Assembly (NCBI GenBank): GCA_026400735.1
Contig: JAPLOL010000111.1
Span: 1,680 to 65,679 of the forward strand
Direction of reading: 5' to 3'
Length of the DNA: 64,000 bases
From: Alphaproteobacteria bacterium
GTDB lineage: Bacteria; Pseudomonadota; Alphaproteobacteria; Caulobacterales; Aquidulcibacteraceae
Numbering within the stretch: the first letter of the stretch is position 1; each line of letters opens with the position of its first letter. The notes below the pieces were generated by a model, which was not told the DNA's origin, made no database searches, and saw only the letters and a list, made by a program, of their open reading frames with translations. The translations under genes and the position numbers were made by a program. Of this stretch, positions 43,499-53,380 are shown one piece after another.

Positions 43499-44341
43499 AT
43501 GGCCCCGTCGCTCCGCATTGGCATTGTCGCGCCCGGCACGCGCATCGAGCCAGAGCTTGCTGCACGGCTTAAAGCGTTCGCCGCAGACAGTTTTCTCGAC
43601 CGCGCGCCGGAGATCGTTGTTCATCCGCAATGCTTCGAGAGCGCCGGTCATTTCGCTGGCGACGACGACACGCGCACCAAAGCGTTCGTGGAGTACGCCA
43701 ACGATCCGACGCTAGACGCGATCTGGTTCGCGCGCGGCGGCTACGGCGCGTGCAGGATCGCTGAGGCGGCGCTGGCGCAGCTCAACGGCGCCTCGCGCGT
43801 CAAAACCTATCTTGGCTACAGCGACAACGGCGCCATCCTCGGCGGCCTCTACGCACGCGGCTACGAGAACGTCGCGCACGGCCCTATTCCCGTCGACATG
43901 ACGCGCGCCGGCGGGGAGGGGGCCGTGAAGAGGGCGCTCAACTGGCTCATCGACCGCGCGCCCGAGAGCGTCGAACTCGGCGTGATGTTCGACGCCAAGT
44001 GCGCCGCGTTCAATCTCACCGTCTTCCAATCGATGCTCGGCACGTCGCTTGAGCCAGACCTCAGCGGCCACGTGCTGATGCTCGAAGATGTCGGCGAGTA
44101 CCTTTACCGGCTAGACCGCGCCCTCTTCCAAATCACCTCCTCCGCAAACGTGCGGAGCGTGAAGGGGATTAAGCTGGGGCGCATTTCCGACGTGCTCGAG
44201 AACGACAAACCTTTTGGCGCAACAGCCGAAGAAATGATGCGTTATTGGTGCGCCAAAGCCGGCATCTCGTATCTCGGCCGCTGCGACATCGGCCACGACG
44301 TCGAGAACAAGATCGTGCCGTTTGGAGCCCCCAAGCGCTGA
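43499..44341 (+). CDS. ldcA: LD-carboxypeptidase (peptidase S66)
   Basis: It has a FAGDDDTR-type N-terminus, the nucleophile region YLGYSDNGAIL and a C-terminal GHD motif (CDIGHDVEN). Confidence 0.75.
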   Translation: MAPSLRIGIVAPGTRIEPELAARLKAFAADSFLDRAPEIVVHPQCFESAGHFAGDDDTRTKAFVEYANDPTLDAIWFARGGYGACRIAEAALAQLNGASRVKTYLGYSDNGAILGGLYARGYENVAHGPIPVDMTRAGGEGAVKRALNWLIDRAPESVELGVMFDAKCAAFNLTVFQSMLGTSLEPDLSGHVLMLEDVGEYLYRLDRALFQITSSANVRSVKGIKLGRISDVLENDKPFGATAEEMMRYWCAKAGISYLGRCDIGHDVENKIVPFGAPKR

Positions 44342-44371
44342 GATTGAGACTGGCGTTCGTACAGAGCTAAC

Positions 44372-45157
44372 TCAGGGCCGCGCAGAGAGCTCGGCGTAGA
44401 GATCGTGCGCACGCGCCTCTGAGCGCGTGAATTGGATGAACTTCTGATCGATATCGGCGAGATGGCGAGTGAGGTCCAACTCAAGGCCGGGTGTCGCGCG
44501 AACGCGCGCCGCAGCGCGGGCAACCTCGTCGCGGCTAAGTCCAAGTTCGCATTGCGTGGGTAGGGACAATTGCACAAAGCCTGAGTCAGCGGTTTCCATG
44601 CGCTCAGCGCAAGCTTCGCGGATGCGCTCTTGCACGTGATACGGGATCGCGCGACGCATCACCTCACGATACGCGGTGACGTTCCTGAACGTCGCTTCGC
44701 TGACTTCGACGGCGATGTAGTAGTTGGCGATCTTCTGACGGGTGACGACATCACCCAATGTGTCGAGCGCGCCGACGGAGAGAACTTCGTCGTACGACGT
44801 GCGCACCATCGGTCGCGGATAGATTTGTGTGGCTTGGTAGGCAGCGATCAGAAATTGTTCATCAGGAATACGGGCAGAGCCATCGAGACTACCCAGCACC
44901 TGTAGCGCGAACGTTTTGACCTGCTGGTAGTAGGCCATACGCACTTGCATATCGCGCTCGTTGTCCGCGATGTCGTGAACGATGCGTGCGCGATAGCTTT
45001 CACCAGCTTGGTGCGCGAGGCGCTCGGCGTTCCAATTGCTGACTTGAGTTCCCAGAAAGACGCCAAGCACCACTATGATGAGGTCGACGCCGACGGCGAA
45101 CCAATTGTGTTTGCCCACGTGCTCGTGAATGCGCCGCAGAATCATAAGAGCTCCCAC
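44372..45157 (-). CDS. hypothetical membrane-anchored protein
   Basis: An N-terminal TM helix (WFAVGVDLIIVVLGVFLGTQV) is followed by a helical domain. I recognise no family. Confidence 0.5.
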   Translation of the reverse strand: MGALMILRRIHEHVGKHNWFAVGVDLIIVVLGVFLGTQVSNWNAERLAHQAGESYRARIVHDIADNERDMQVRMAYYQQVKTFALQVLGSLDGSARIPDEQFLIAAYQATQIYPRPMVRTSYDEVLSVGALDTLGDVVTRQKIANYYIAVEVSEATFRNVTAYREVMRRAIPYHVQERIREACAERMETADSGFVQLSLPTQCELGLSRDEVARAAARVRATPGLELDLTRHLADIDQKFIQFTRSEARAHDLYAELSARP

Positions 45158-45199
45158 ACCACGGGAGAGCCTCGCACCCAGCCCAAAGGTTGGCTAGCT

Positions 45200-45589
45200 T
45201 TAGACCTTTGGCTGGTAGTGGATGTAGCCGCGCTCAACGAGCCGGCGCATTGCGTCGTAGGCTTCGGTCATCTCATCGAACGCGAGACGCAGGGCAGCAA
45301 GCTCCGCAACTTGCGCCGCAGAAAGCGCTGTGCCGGCCTCTGTCATGCCCACGACCGCTGTAACCCAGCTGGCGCGTGCGTGCGCGGTAGCGATGGCGAG
45401 GCGCTCAAAGGCGCGCAAATCCACATTGCCCAAAGCCTGGCCAAGGACGGCGCGGTTGGCCGCGTAGGCTGCATAATCAATCTGGTCGAGGTGCCCGCGC
45501 AGCTTGCGCTGCTCAGCCGGATCTAGCTCAGCTTCCGGTTCAAACCGGTCGCTACGGGCGCGCAGAGTGTTGGTGACCGTCGTGGACAT
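45200..45589 (-). CDS. hypothetical protein
   Basis: It is 129 aa and helical, with coding-like composition. No motif is recognised. Confidence 0.45.
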   Translation of the reverse strand: MSTTVTNTLRARSDRFEPEAELDPAEQRKLRGHLDQIDYAAYAANRAVLGQALGNVDLRAFERLAIATAHARASWVTAVVGMTEAGTALSAAQVAELAALRLAFDEMTEAYDAMRRLVERGYIHYQPKV

Positions 45590-45646
45590 GAGGCCCGTTC
45601 CTGTGGCTCAGATAGAGCTAAACAGGCCAAGCCTACGCCCAACCGG

Positions 45647-46309
45647 TTAAGGCGGCGTTTGAGCCGCCTCCGCGCCTTCGGGGCTCGGCGCGCTCGTTTC
45701 TGCCCCGTTCGGGTCCAGCAAGCCGCTCGCCCGCATCTCTTCGATCGCCCCGTCCACCAGGAGCCCGGCACGCTCCACAGCCCGCTCATTGTCGTAAAGC
45801 AGAGGTGTGTAAGCGCCGTTGAGCTGTGTCTGCCAGACGATCTCTTCCGACGCGATCTCAATGAGCGCCCAGGTCACCACGTACTGGCCGCCATCGCCTG
45901 AATACTGACTCATCGACAGAAAACGCGGCACGATCAGAAGCCTGTAGGCGGCGCCGAATTCCTCTTCGTTGGCGCGGTTCTTGTCGACGATCTCGCGCAC
46001 GGGCATGCGGAAGCGCCGGTCGTAGGGCTGTGAACGTATCTGCCCATCCAGCGGATCGACCGTCGAGGCGTTGCCAAACCCGACAGTGACCGAACTCTCG
46101 CTCAGGCGTTGCGTTAGCTGTGCGTCGATGTTTTCGAGCACGCCTGGGCCGATGGCATTCCGGCCGACTTGCAAGAACGAATAGACGTAGACCTTAGAGC
46201 CCGCGATGCTCCCGACATCGCGAAGCTCTCGCGTACCCTCGTAAGACGCAATCGTCGTGCAAGCGCCGAGCAGCACCAGCGCCACAAACGCCGTCAGAAT
46301 CTTGTACAT
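45647..46309 (-). CDS. hypothetical lipoprotein
   Basis: A GGGAGGGG Shine-Dalgarno precedes the ATG at 46309. The lipobox signal is MYKILTAFVALVLLGAC. Confidence 0.6.
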   Translation of the reverse strand: MYKILTAFVALVLLGACTTIASYEGTRELRDVGSIAGSKVYVYSFLQVGRNAIGPGVLENIDAQLTQRLSESSVTVGFGNASTVDPLDGQIRSQPYDRRFRMPVREIVDKNRANEEEFGAAYRLLIVPRFLSMSQYSGDGGQYVVTWALIEIASEEIVWQTQLNGAYTPLLYDNERAVERAGLLVDGAIEEMRASGLLDPNGAETSAPSPEGAEAAQTPP

Positions 46310-46363
46310 GGTTCCCCTCCCATACCGCCACGCTAGCAAGGCGACGCAGGGAGTCTAGTGGGG

Positions 46364-47206
46364 CTATTTCCGCTCGGCGCGCTTAGCTTCGAGCCATAGC
46401 GCTTCCATGTCGTCCAGCGGCTGTGGTCCGGTCCGGCCTTGCTCGGCCAGCCTGCCTTCGATGTACTGAAACCGCCGCGTGAACTTGGCGTTGGCGCGTC
46501 GCAGGGCTTCCTCAGGATCGACCTTCAGCTTGCGCGCAAGGTTCGCCATCACGAACAGGATGTCGCCCATCTCTTCGGCGATGTGATCCTGATCGCCTGA
46601 CACGCGCGCTTCCTTCAGCTCGGCCAATTCCTCTTCGAGTTTCTCCAGCACCGGCTCAGGCGTCGGCCAATCGAAGTTGATGCGCGCGGCGCGCTTGGTG
46701 AGCTTCTCTGCGCGCATCAGCGCGGGTAGGGCCATGGCGACATCGTCCAAAAGGGACGGCGCGCCCTTGGCGGCGCGATTTTCGGCCTTCAGTGTTTCCC
46801 AGGCGACCGTCTGCTGCTCGGCGTTACGTCCATCGCCAGCTTCGCTGAACACGTGCGGATGGCGTTCGATCATCTTGTCGGCCAGCGCCTGGGCTACATC
46901 GGCAAAATCGAACGCGCCTTGCTCCTCGGCCATGCGCGCGTGGAAGGCGACCTGGAAGAGGAGGTCGCCCAGCTCTTCCTTCAGCGCAGACATATCGTTG
47001 CGCTCGATCGCGTCGGCAACCTCGTAGGCTTCCTCGATCGTGTAGGGAGCGATGGTCGCGAAGTTCTGTTCGACGTCCCACGGGCAGCCGCCGTTCGGAT
47101 TGCGCAGCTGGGCCATGACATCGAGCATAGATTGCGTAGAGCGGGCATTGCGCGCGAGGGCTTCATCGCTCGTTTTACTCGTTTTTTCAGTAGCTTGGGC
47201 CACCAT
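46364..47206 (-). CDS. mazG: nucleoside triphosphate pyrophosphohydrolase MazG
   Basis: It has tandem MazG domains with EEAYEVADAIE...ELGDLLFQV and ELKEA...EEMGDILFVM. Confidence 0.92.
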   Translation of the reverse strand: MVAQATEKTSKTSDEALARNARSTQSMLDVMAQLRNPNGGCPWDVEQNFATIAPYTIEEAYEVADAIERNDMSALKEELGDLLFQVAFHARMAEEQGAFDFADVAQALADKMIERHPHVFSEAGDGRNAEQQTVAWETLKAENRAAKGAPSLLDDVAMALPALMRAEKLTKRAARINFDWPTPEPVLEKLEEELAELKEARVSGDQDHIAEEMGDILFVMANLARKLKVDPEEALRRANAKFTRRFQYIEGRLAEQGRTGPQPLDDMEALWLEAKRAERK

Positions 47207-47399
47207 ACATATCTCGCATAAGATAGATTATGGGAAGTCCCGCATCGATCTGCATGGATAGAATCCCGTCTCGACCAACTTAGGCCGCTTCGCCCTGCCG
47301 CACAGCCTCACCGGCCATCGTGTTCGTGGCGGCCATGGAATGGACCGACGGCCCAGATCGCCACGATAGCCGCGAGCATCGCTATGAACATCGATGCCA

Positions 47400-48221
47400 T
47401 CAGCTCACCTTGTAGTCGCCAGCCCAGCCATCGTACGCGGGTTCAACGCCGGCTGGCAGCCGCGCTTTCAGCGCCTGGTAGTCGAGATCGATGTGCATGT
47501 TGGTGAGCACCGAGCGCGCGGGCTTGAGCCGTTCGATCCATTCCAACGCACGCCCGACGTGGGCGTGTGTGGGGTGCGGCGTGTCGCGCAGTGCATCGAC
47601 GATCCAAAGCTGCAAGTTGCTGAGTGCGCCAAACGTCGTCTCAGGCATCGCCACCACATCGTTTGAGTAAGCGACGCTGCCGACCCGAAAGCCCAGTGAT
47701 TTTGAGAAGCCGTGATCCTGTTCTAGCGGCAGCACTTCGAGCTTGCCGCCCGGACCATCGATCTCCACCGGGATCAGTGGTGTCATGTGTCCAGCGTCGC
47801 GTGCGATCGCCGGATAGCCGCTCTCGCTGACGAAGCAATACCCGAACCGCTGCATGAAGCTGCCGCGTGTCGAGGCGTCGATCCAGGTCGGAATCTGTTT
47901 GCGCTGTTTGATGAAGAACGCGCGGATATCGTCGAAGCCGTGGATCTGATCGGCGTGGTCGTGGCTGATGAGCACCGCATCAATGTGCGATGGTCCTGCG
48001 GCGGCCAGCTGTTGGCGCAGTTCCGGCGGCGTGTCGATCAGCACCGTGGTCGCCTCGTTCGGCGTCGTCGCCCCCCCGCTCCACTTCTGGAGCATAATCC
48101 CGCAGCGCGTGCGGCGGTTCTTCGGCTCGTTCGGATCGCAGACGCCCCAATCGCCAGTTGCGCGCGGAACGCCGCCGGAGGAGCCGCAGCCAAGAATGGT
48201 GACGCGCAGCGTGCCACTCAT
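47400..48221 (-). CDS. MBL-fold metallo-hydrolase (PhnP/GPX-like)
   Basis: It has ILGCGSSGGVP and the HxHxDH motif ISHDHADQIHG. It sits in the conserved position downstream of tatD. Confidence 0.85.
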   Translation of the reverse strand: MSGTLRVTILGCGSSGGVPRATGDWGVCDPNEPKNRRTRCGIMLQKWSGGATTPNEATTVLIDTPPELRQQLAAAGPSHIDAVLISHDHADQIHGFDDIRAFFIKQRKQIPTWIDASTRGSFMQRFGYCFVSESGYPAIARDAGHMTPLIPVEIDGPGGKLEVLPLEQDHGFSKSLGFRVGSVAYSNDVVAMPETTFGALSNLQLWIVDALRDTPHPTHAHVGRALEWIERLKPARSVLTNMHIDLDYQALKARLPAGVEPAYDGWAGDYKVS

Positions 48222-49009
48222 GACGTCACACGCGGTATCGTCGGGAAGAGGCGATGGAAGTTGTCGGCGAGCAGGGCGCTCGCCTCCTCCTCCTCAAGCC
48301 CCCTCAACGTCGCGAACGCGCTTTGGACGTGCGCGACGTGCATCGGCTCACAGCGTTGGCCGCGATAAGGAATAGGGGTCAGATATGGGCAATCGGTCTC
48401 AACAATGATGCGATCGAGCGGCGTCTCGCTGGCGATGGCGCGCACGTCGGTCGCGTTCTTGAATGTCATGATGCCAGAGAACGAGATGTAAGCGCCCAGC
48501 GCCAGCGCACGGCGCGCGAGTTCGGCGCCGCTCGTGTAGCAATGCATCAGAATCCGAAGAGGGCCCTTCCCCGCCTCTTCCTCCAACAGCTGCGCCATCG
48601 CCTCGTCAGCTTCGCGCGTGTGGATGATCAGCGTTTTATCGAGCGCGTGCGCAGCTTCTGCGTGCGCGCGAAACACCTGAACTTGGTCCTCAAACGGGCT
48701 GTGCTTGTAGTGCTGATCGAGACCAGTTTCCCCTACTCCGACCACCCTATCGTGCTTGCCAAGTTCGATGAGGTGCTCGGCCGTCAGATCGAGATGGTCC
48801 TTGGCATAGTGCGGATGCGCACCGACGCTGGCGTAGATGTCGTTGTGCTGTTCGGCGATAGCGATGACTTGGCCGAAGTTCTCGATCCTATCGCAAATCG
48901 TGATCATGCGGCCGACGCCGGCATCGCGCGCACGCGCAATCACCGCTTCGCGGTCTTCGTCGAAGCTGTGGTGATGCAGGTTCACGTGGCTGTCGATGAG
49001 AAGCGTCAC
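48218..49009 (-). CDS. tatD: TatD family metal-dependent hydrolase/DNase
   Basis: The GTG at 49009 overlaps the holB stop. It has LIDSHVNLHH, GETGLD, IHTREA and ETDCPYL motifs. Confidence 0.9.
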   Translation of the reverse strand: MTLLIDSHVNLHHHSFDEDREAVIARARDAGVGRMITICDRIENFGQVIAIAEQHNDIYASVGAHPHYAKDHLDLTAEHLIELGKHDRVVGVGETGLDQHYKHSPFEDQVQVFRAHAEAAHALDKTLIIHTREADEAMAQLLEEEAGKGPLRILMHCYTSGAELARRALALGAYISFSGIMTFKNATDVRAIASETPLDRIIVETDCPYLTPIPYRGQRCEPMHVAHVQSAFATLRGLEEEEASALLADNFHRLFPTIPRVTS

Positions 49010-50001
49010 CGGCGCGACGCTCCAGCGCGATCGAGAACGCCAGCGGCGCGCGCGAGCGCGTGGCGCGGATCCATGTCGAGGCCCTCGGCTTCGCCGCGCA
49101 GCGTCTCTAGCGCGGACCACGCCTCAGCCCATTGCTCGCCGCCCTGTTCGACACCGGCAGCGCGCGTCCATTCGCCCGCAAGCTCAAGCACGCCTGCGAG
49201 CTTCTCGAACGGCTCGCCGCTCATCTTGTCGTAAAGCCCGCCAAGCAACGCTGCCGACGCGCCACGCGCAATCTCGGAGTGCGCGCGCTTCGGATCAGCG
49301 CCTGCCGTATCAACGCCTTGCGCCTTCAACGCGATCGCGCGTCCCGGCCGGCCTTTGGCCAACGCAACGATGCCCGCATCAGCGCCGCTAGCTTTTTTCA
49401 CCTCATCATCGCCCAACGTGCGCAACGCCAAACGACGGCAACGCGAACGGATCGTTGGTAAGATCGCACCAGGTGCGTGGCACACCAGCAGCAATATGGA
49501 ACGCGCGGGCGGCTCCTCCAGCGTCTTCAAGATCGCATTCGCAGCATTGCGGTTGAGATCATCCACCGCGTCCACGATCGCCACGCGCATACCGCCCTCC
49601 GAGGGCGCCAGCGAAAAGAAATGCCCCAGCTCACGCGCATCATCGACAGCGATCTCACGACGCGGCTTGCCGCGATCATTGAGTCCACGACGCAGTACGA
49701 AGAGATCGGGATGGGAGAGCGCCATCACGCGTCGTGCGACTGGATCTTCGGGATCAACATCGAGCGGTCGCGGGCCGATACGTTTGGCGCCAAGCGCTGC
49801 ACGAGCCACCCGATATGCGAGCGTTGCTTTCCCCAACCCCTTCGGCCCAGCCAGCAGCCAAGCGTGATGCATGCGTCCGCCACGCAGGCCCTCGGCAAAC
49901 GCCTCTTCCTCAGCGTCGTGACCGACAAACGAAAACGTCTCGCGCGGGTGCGGAGCGTTGGGTTCCTTATCGAGTTCGGCGGCGGGTTTTTCGGCCTTCA
50001 T
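49006..50001 (-). CDS. holB: DNA polymerase III subunit delta'
   Basis: It has HAWLLAGPKGLGKATLA (P-loop-like), LNRNAANAILKTLEEPP and LPTIRSRC. Confidence 0.9.
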   Translation of the reverse strand: MKAEKPAAELDKEPNAPHPRETFSFVGHDAEEEAFAEGLRGGRMHHAWLLAGPKGLGKATLAYRVARAALGAKRIGPRPLDVDPEDPVARRVMALSHPDLFVLRRGLNDRGKPRREIAVDDARELGHFFSLAPSEGGMRVAIVDAVDDLNRNAANAILKTLEEPPARSILLLVCHAPGAILPTIRSRCRRLALRTLGDDEVKKASGADAGIVALAKGRPGRAIALKAQGVDTAGADPKRAHSEIARGASAALLGGLYDKMSGEPFEKLAGVLELAGEWTRAAGVEQGGEQWAEAWSALETLRGEAEGLDMDPRHALARAAGVLDRAGASRR

Positions 50002-50008
50002 GGGCCTA

Positions 50009-51199
50009 TCAAGGGCCGAAGAAGGTCAGGCGCAAGCCCTCAAAAGCGCGGGAGAACCAGTTGGCGCGGCCAACCTTGCGCTCCGCGATCAATTCGAAGC
50101 GTTGTGTTTCGAAGTCCGGCCCCTCTACCACAAGGTGGGCGACCACCGCGCCCTGTGCGATGGGAGGCCGCAGCGGCCCCTCATACTCGATGTGCGCCCG
50201 CAATCCTGCGCGGACACCGCGCGGGCTCAGGACGCGGATGTCATCTTTGGCAAGCAAATTGACAGTTCGGCGCCCACCGAGCCTGACCTGCGCCTCGCCC
50301 ATCACGTCGCCTGCGGTCGCAAGCTGCGAGATTACGAAATCGTTGAACGCCGAACGCATGAGACGCTGGGCTTCGCTGTTGCGCGCCGCCATCGTCGGCA
50401 ACCCGTTGAACACAATGATGCGTCGTTCGCCGTTCTGAACGGCCGATCCAACCAGGCCATAGCCAGAATCATCGGTATGGCCTGTCTTCACACCATCGGC
50501 GCCGGGATAAGCGCCGAGCAGCGGATTGCGGTTCATTTGGGTGTGATTGTTGAACGTGAACTGTCGACGCGAATAGACCGGATAGAATTCCGGGTAGGTG
50601 GTGATGATGTGACGTGTCAGCCGCGCCAGGTCCGCCGAACTAATCCGTTGCTCAGGATCGTCTACGCCGGTTGCGTTCGTGAAATGCGCTGACGTTAGCC
50701 CAAGTTCTTGCGCGCGTCGGTTCATCATAGCGACGAACGCCTGTTCCGAACCTGCAATCCCCTCGGCCATCACGACACAAGCGTCGTTCGCCGAGACGAT
50801 GACCGCGCCCTGAATGAGGTCGCGCACAGCCACCTCGGAATTGATCGGCAGGAACATGTGCGAGCCGGACGACATCGCGCCGTGCTCACGCCACGCATAT
50901 TCGCTAACCCGGAAGCGGGTCCCCATCGTGATCCGCCCGGCGCGCAATTGCTCGAGCACGACCAACACCGTCATTAACTTGGCCATCGAAGCCGGCGGCA
51001 TCGGTGTATTGCAGTCTTGGCATTGCAGGATCGCCCCAGAGGAGGCGTCCATGATGGTGACGTGCTGAGCGACGGCCGGCGCCGGGGGCGGCGCAGGCGG
51101 ACGTCGCGAACGGCGACGTTGAGCATCGGCGTCGCTCGCGCTCGCGACCACGAGAAGCGTCGCCAAAGCGATCGCGCCAAATTTGCGCTGCAGGGTCAT
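50009..51199 (-). CDS. D-alanyl-D-alanine carboxypeptidase (peptidase S11, PBP5/6-like)
   Basis: It has a signal peptide, SxxK (ASMAKLMT), SGN-like VSAND and KTGHT motifs, and a C-terminal PBP5_C-like domain. Confidence 0.9.
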   Translation of the reverse strand: MTLQRKFGAIALATLLVVASASDADAQRRRSRRPPAPPPAPAVAQHVTIMDASSGAILQCQDCNTPMPPASMAKLMTVLVVLEQLRAGRITMGTRFRVSEYAWREHGAMSSGSHMFLPINSEVAVRDLIQGAVIVSANDACVVMAEGIAGSEQAFVAMMNRRAQELGLTSAHFTNATGVDDPEQRISSADLARLTRHIITTYPEFYPVYSRRQFTFNNHTQMNRNPLLGAYPGADGVKTGHTDDSGYGLVGSAVQNGERRIIVFNGLPTMAARNSEAQRLMRSAFNDFVISQLATAGDVMGEAQVRLGGRRTVNLLAKDDIRVLSPRGVRAGLRAHIEYEGPLRPPIAQGAVVAHLVVEGPDFETQRFELIAERKVGRANWFSRAFEGLRLTFFGP

Positions 51200-51281
51200 T
51201 CGTCCGCCGAATCGTTAGCGCGTCTTGCGCGGGTTCACTCAACCAGACCGGCGCGGCGCTTTCACGTCAACAAGCCGGCCT

Positions 51282-52490
51282 TCAGCGCGCTGCGACGACG
51301 CTCTCAGCGTAACCGAGGGTGCTCAGCGTGCGGCGCGCGTTATCCGCCTCCTCGCGGCTCGACCACGGACCAACCCGGACCCGGAACAACTCCCCGCCAG
51401 CAGCAGTCGCTCGGGTATCCACAACTACCGGGCCCGCTGCGCTCACCGCATCGCGGACGCGCTGTGCATTGCTCGGATCCGAATAGGCGCCGACTTGAAC
51501 GAAGAACGTACCCGGAGCTGAGGCTGCGCCGTACACCGGACGCTCGGGTGCTCCAGCAAGTTCGGCTGTTTGACTTGGTTGCTGGAGCAGGGTGCGTGGC
51601 CCCTCTTCCGTCTGCTGCGGCGCAGGTTGCGAAGCGGGGGCGTGGACAGATTCCGGCACAGCGGAGCCGTCCATGTTAACGCGGCGCGGAGCAGGGCCCA
51701 GGTAACGCACGTTAACGCGCGCATGGCCGGCTTGCTCAAACCCCAACACGTTCGCGGCGCCTCGGGACAAATCGATCAGGCGCTCACCGTTGAACGGTCC
51801 GCGATCATTGACACGCACGATGACCTCGCGGCCGTTCTCCAAATTGGTGACTTGCACCAAGCTCGGGATCGGCAACGTCGGGTGCGCAGCAGTGAGCGCA
51901 TCTTGGTCGAATGTCTCCCCGCTCGCAGTGCGACGGCCCTGCAACTCTTGGCCATACCAAGAGGCTGTCCCGGTTTGTTGATAGCCCGGCTCAGGCGTCG
52001 GCACATACCAACGGCCGTTCGCTTCATAGGGTGGGCCAACGCGCTCGCGCTCAAGCCAAGGCTGAGCCCCCTGCTCGCTCGCGGCCGGCGCGGCATTGGT
52101 TTGAGTCTCGGGCTGTGTCTGCGCTGCTTGCGCGACTTGCTGCGACGCCGGCGTCAAGTTTACCGGACCAGATTCTTCGTCTTCATCATCGGCTTCAGCG
52201 ACCGGCGGCGTAAACACCACCGGCGTCGTGCGCACCACACCGGTGCGGCGAAGGTCGATGACGGCGCCAGCTTGACGACGCGAGCTTGCGCCGTAGCCGT
52301 AAGAATTGTCGCCACCACCGGCGAGACCCGGCGCGGTTTCGGTAGCGGCGGCAGCGCCACCGTTATCGTTCGATGCAAAGGTGATCGGCGCCCGTTGCGC
52401 TTCGGCGGTCGTGGCGAACGCCAGCAAACCAAAGCAGGAAACCACGAGTGCGCGCGACGTATGGCGAAGCATCAATAGACCCCAACGCAA
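51282..52490 (-). CDS. rlpA: septal ring lytic transglycosylase RlpA family protein with C-terminal SPOR domain
   Basis: It has a DPBB domain (ASWYGQELQGRRTASGETFD...VRVNDRGPF) and a SPOR domain (FFVQVGAYSDPSNAQRV). An alternative start lies at 52472. Confidence 0.85.
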   Translation of the reverse strand: MRWGLLMLRHTSRALVVSCFGLLAFATTAEAQRAPITFASNDNGGAAAATETAPGLAGGGDNSYGYGASSRRQAGAVIDLRRTGVVRTTPVVFTPPVAEADDEDEESGPVNLTPASQQVAQAAQTQPETQTNAAPAASEQGAQPWLERERVGPPYEANGRWYVPTPEPGYQQTGTASWYGQELQGRRTASGETFDQDALTAAHPTLPIPSLVQVTNLENGREVIVRVNDRGPFNGERLIDLSRGAANVLGFEQAGHARVNVRYLGPAPRRVNMDGSAVPESVHAPASQPAPQQTEEGPRTLLQQPSQTAELAGAPERPVYGAASAPGTFFVQVGAYSDPSNAQRVRDAVSAAGPVVVDTRATAAGGELFRVRVGPWSSREEADNARRTLSTLGYAESVVAAR

Positions 52491-52594
52491 TTCTTGCGAT
52501 GCGACCCTTATACGGGCGCGGGGCTTTAGGGCGCGTAAGCTTTCATGCTTATTTCAGCTTCACCAATAATGCGTGTTCACCACGCGGAAGCGGT

Positions 52595-52660
52595 CGTTTT
52601 GGGCCACCGGCGCAGGGTGGCGGAGGGAGTGTCCGTCTAATTCCGTTGATTTAGAGACGC
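52595..52660 (+). repeat. cassette-array repeat, 5' half copy (copy 1 of 13)
   Basis: CGTTTTGGGCCACC...GAGTGTCCG..CTAATTCC..TTGATTTAG aligns with the 5' halves of the copies at 60161 and 57795. The 3' block is absent. Confidence 0.5.
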
Positions 52661-52826
52661 TTTTTGATTCCCGATATTTGTATCCACGGCGCTATCAACG
52701 TAATGCGCGCGAAAACGAGCGAACGGCCACGGCCTCCAACGAACACGCCGTGCCCCGCCAAAGCGAGCGTTGCAGGGTTAGCTGACATCGCGGATGTTGG
52801 CCCCTTCACCTCGGAGGGCGGAAATC

Positions 52827-53363
52827 ATGCGGCTGTTGGTTTGTCTGGCGGTGGCGCTGACTCTGGGTGCGTGCGCAAGCGCATGGAATGAACAGGCCGC
52901 GCAGGAGTGCTCAGAAAGGGGCTTCGCGGCGGACTCCGTCGATTACAACATGTGCGTCGCTATCAGTGTGAACGAGCGACGCCAGCGTTTTGCTACAGGG
53001 TTGCAGGCGGCCGGCCGAGCAATGAGCGCTGCTAGTGCTTCCACCACGCCGCCGCCCGCGGGTGCAGCTCTCTCAGCGCCACAGCAGTGTCCGGTCGGAT
53101 CGTATTGGTGGACAGATTCGTGGGGAAACCGGATTTGCAGACGCTTCTCAGATCAGAGCACCGCTACGGTGCAAGCTCCGGCAGGCCAACAATGTCCAAC
53201 CGGCTCATATCCATGGACCGATAGCTGGGGCAACTCGATATGCCGCTCCTTCGCTACGCCCGGCCAACCGACCACGGATTCATATGACACCTCACGCGGC
53301 TGTCCCGTTGGATTTCATGAATGGGTCGACAGCTGGGGCAATCGAGTCTGCCAACGCAATTAG
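52827..53363 (+). CDS. lipoprotein with three CPxG-x3-W-x-DSWGN-x2-C repeats
   Basis: A GGAGGG Shine-Dalgarno precedes the ATG at 52827, and the lipobox is MRLLVCLAVALTLGAC. The repeats are QCPVGSYWWTDSWGNRICRRF, QCPTGSYPWTDSWGNSICRSF and GCPVGFHEWVDSWGNRVCQRN. Confidence 0.6.
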   Translation: MRLLVCLAVALTLGACASAWNEQAAQECSERGFAADSVDYNMCVAISVNERRQRFATGLQAAGRAMSAASASTTPPPAGAALSAPQQCPVGSYWWTDSWGNRICRRFSDQSTATVQAPAGQQCPTGSYPWTDSWGNSICRSFATPGQPTTDSYDTSRGCPVGFHEWVDSWGNRVCQRN

Positions 53364-53380
53364 GAACTGGTCGGGCGCCG

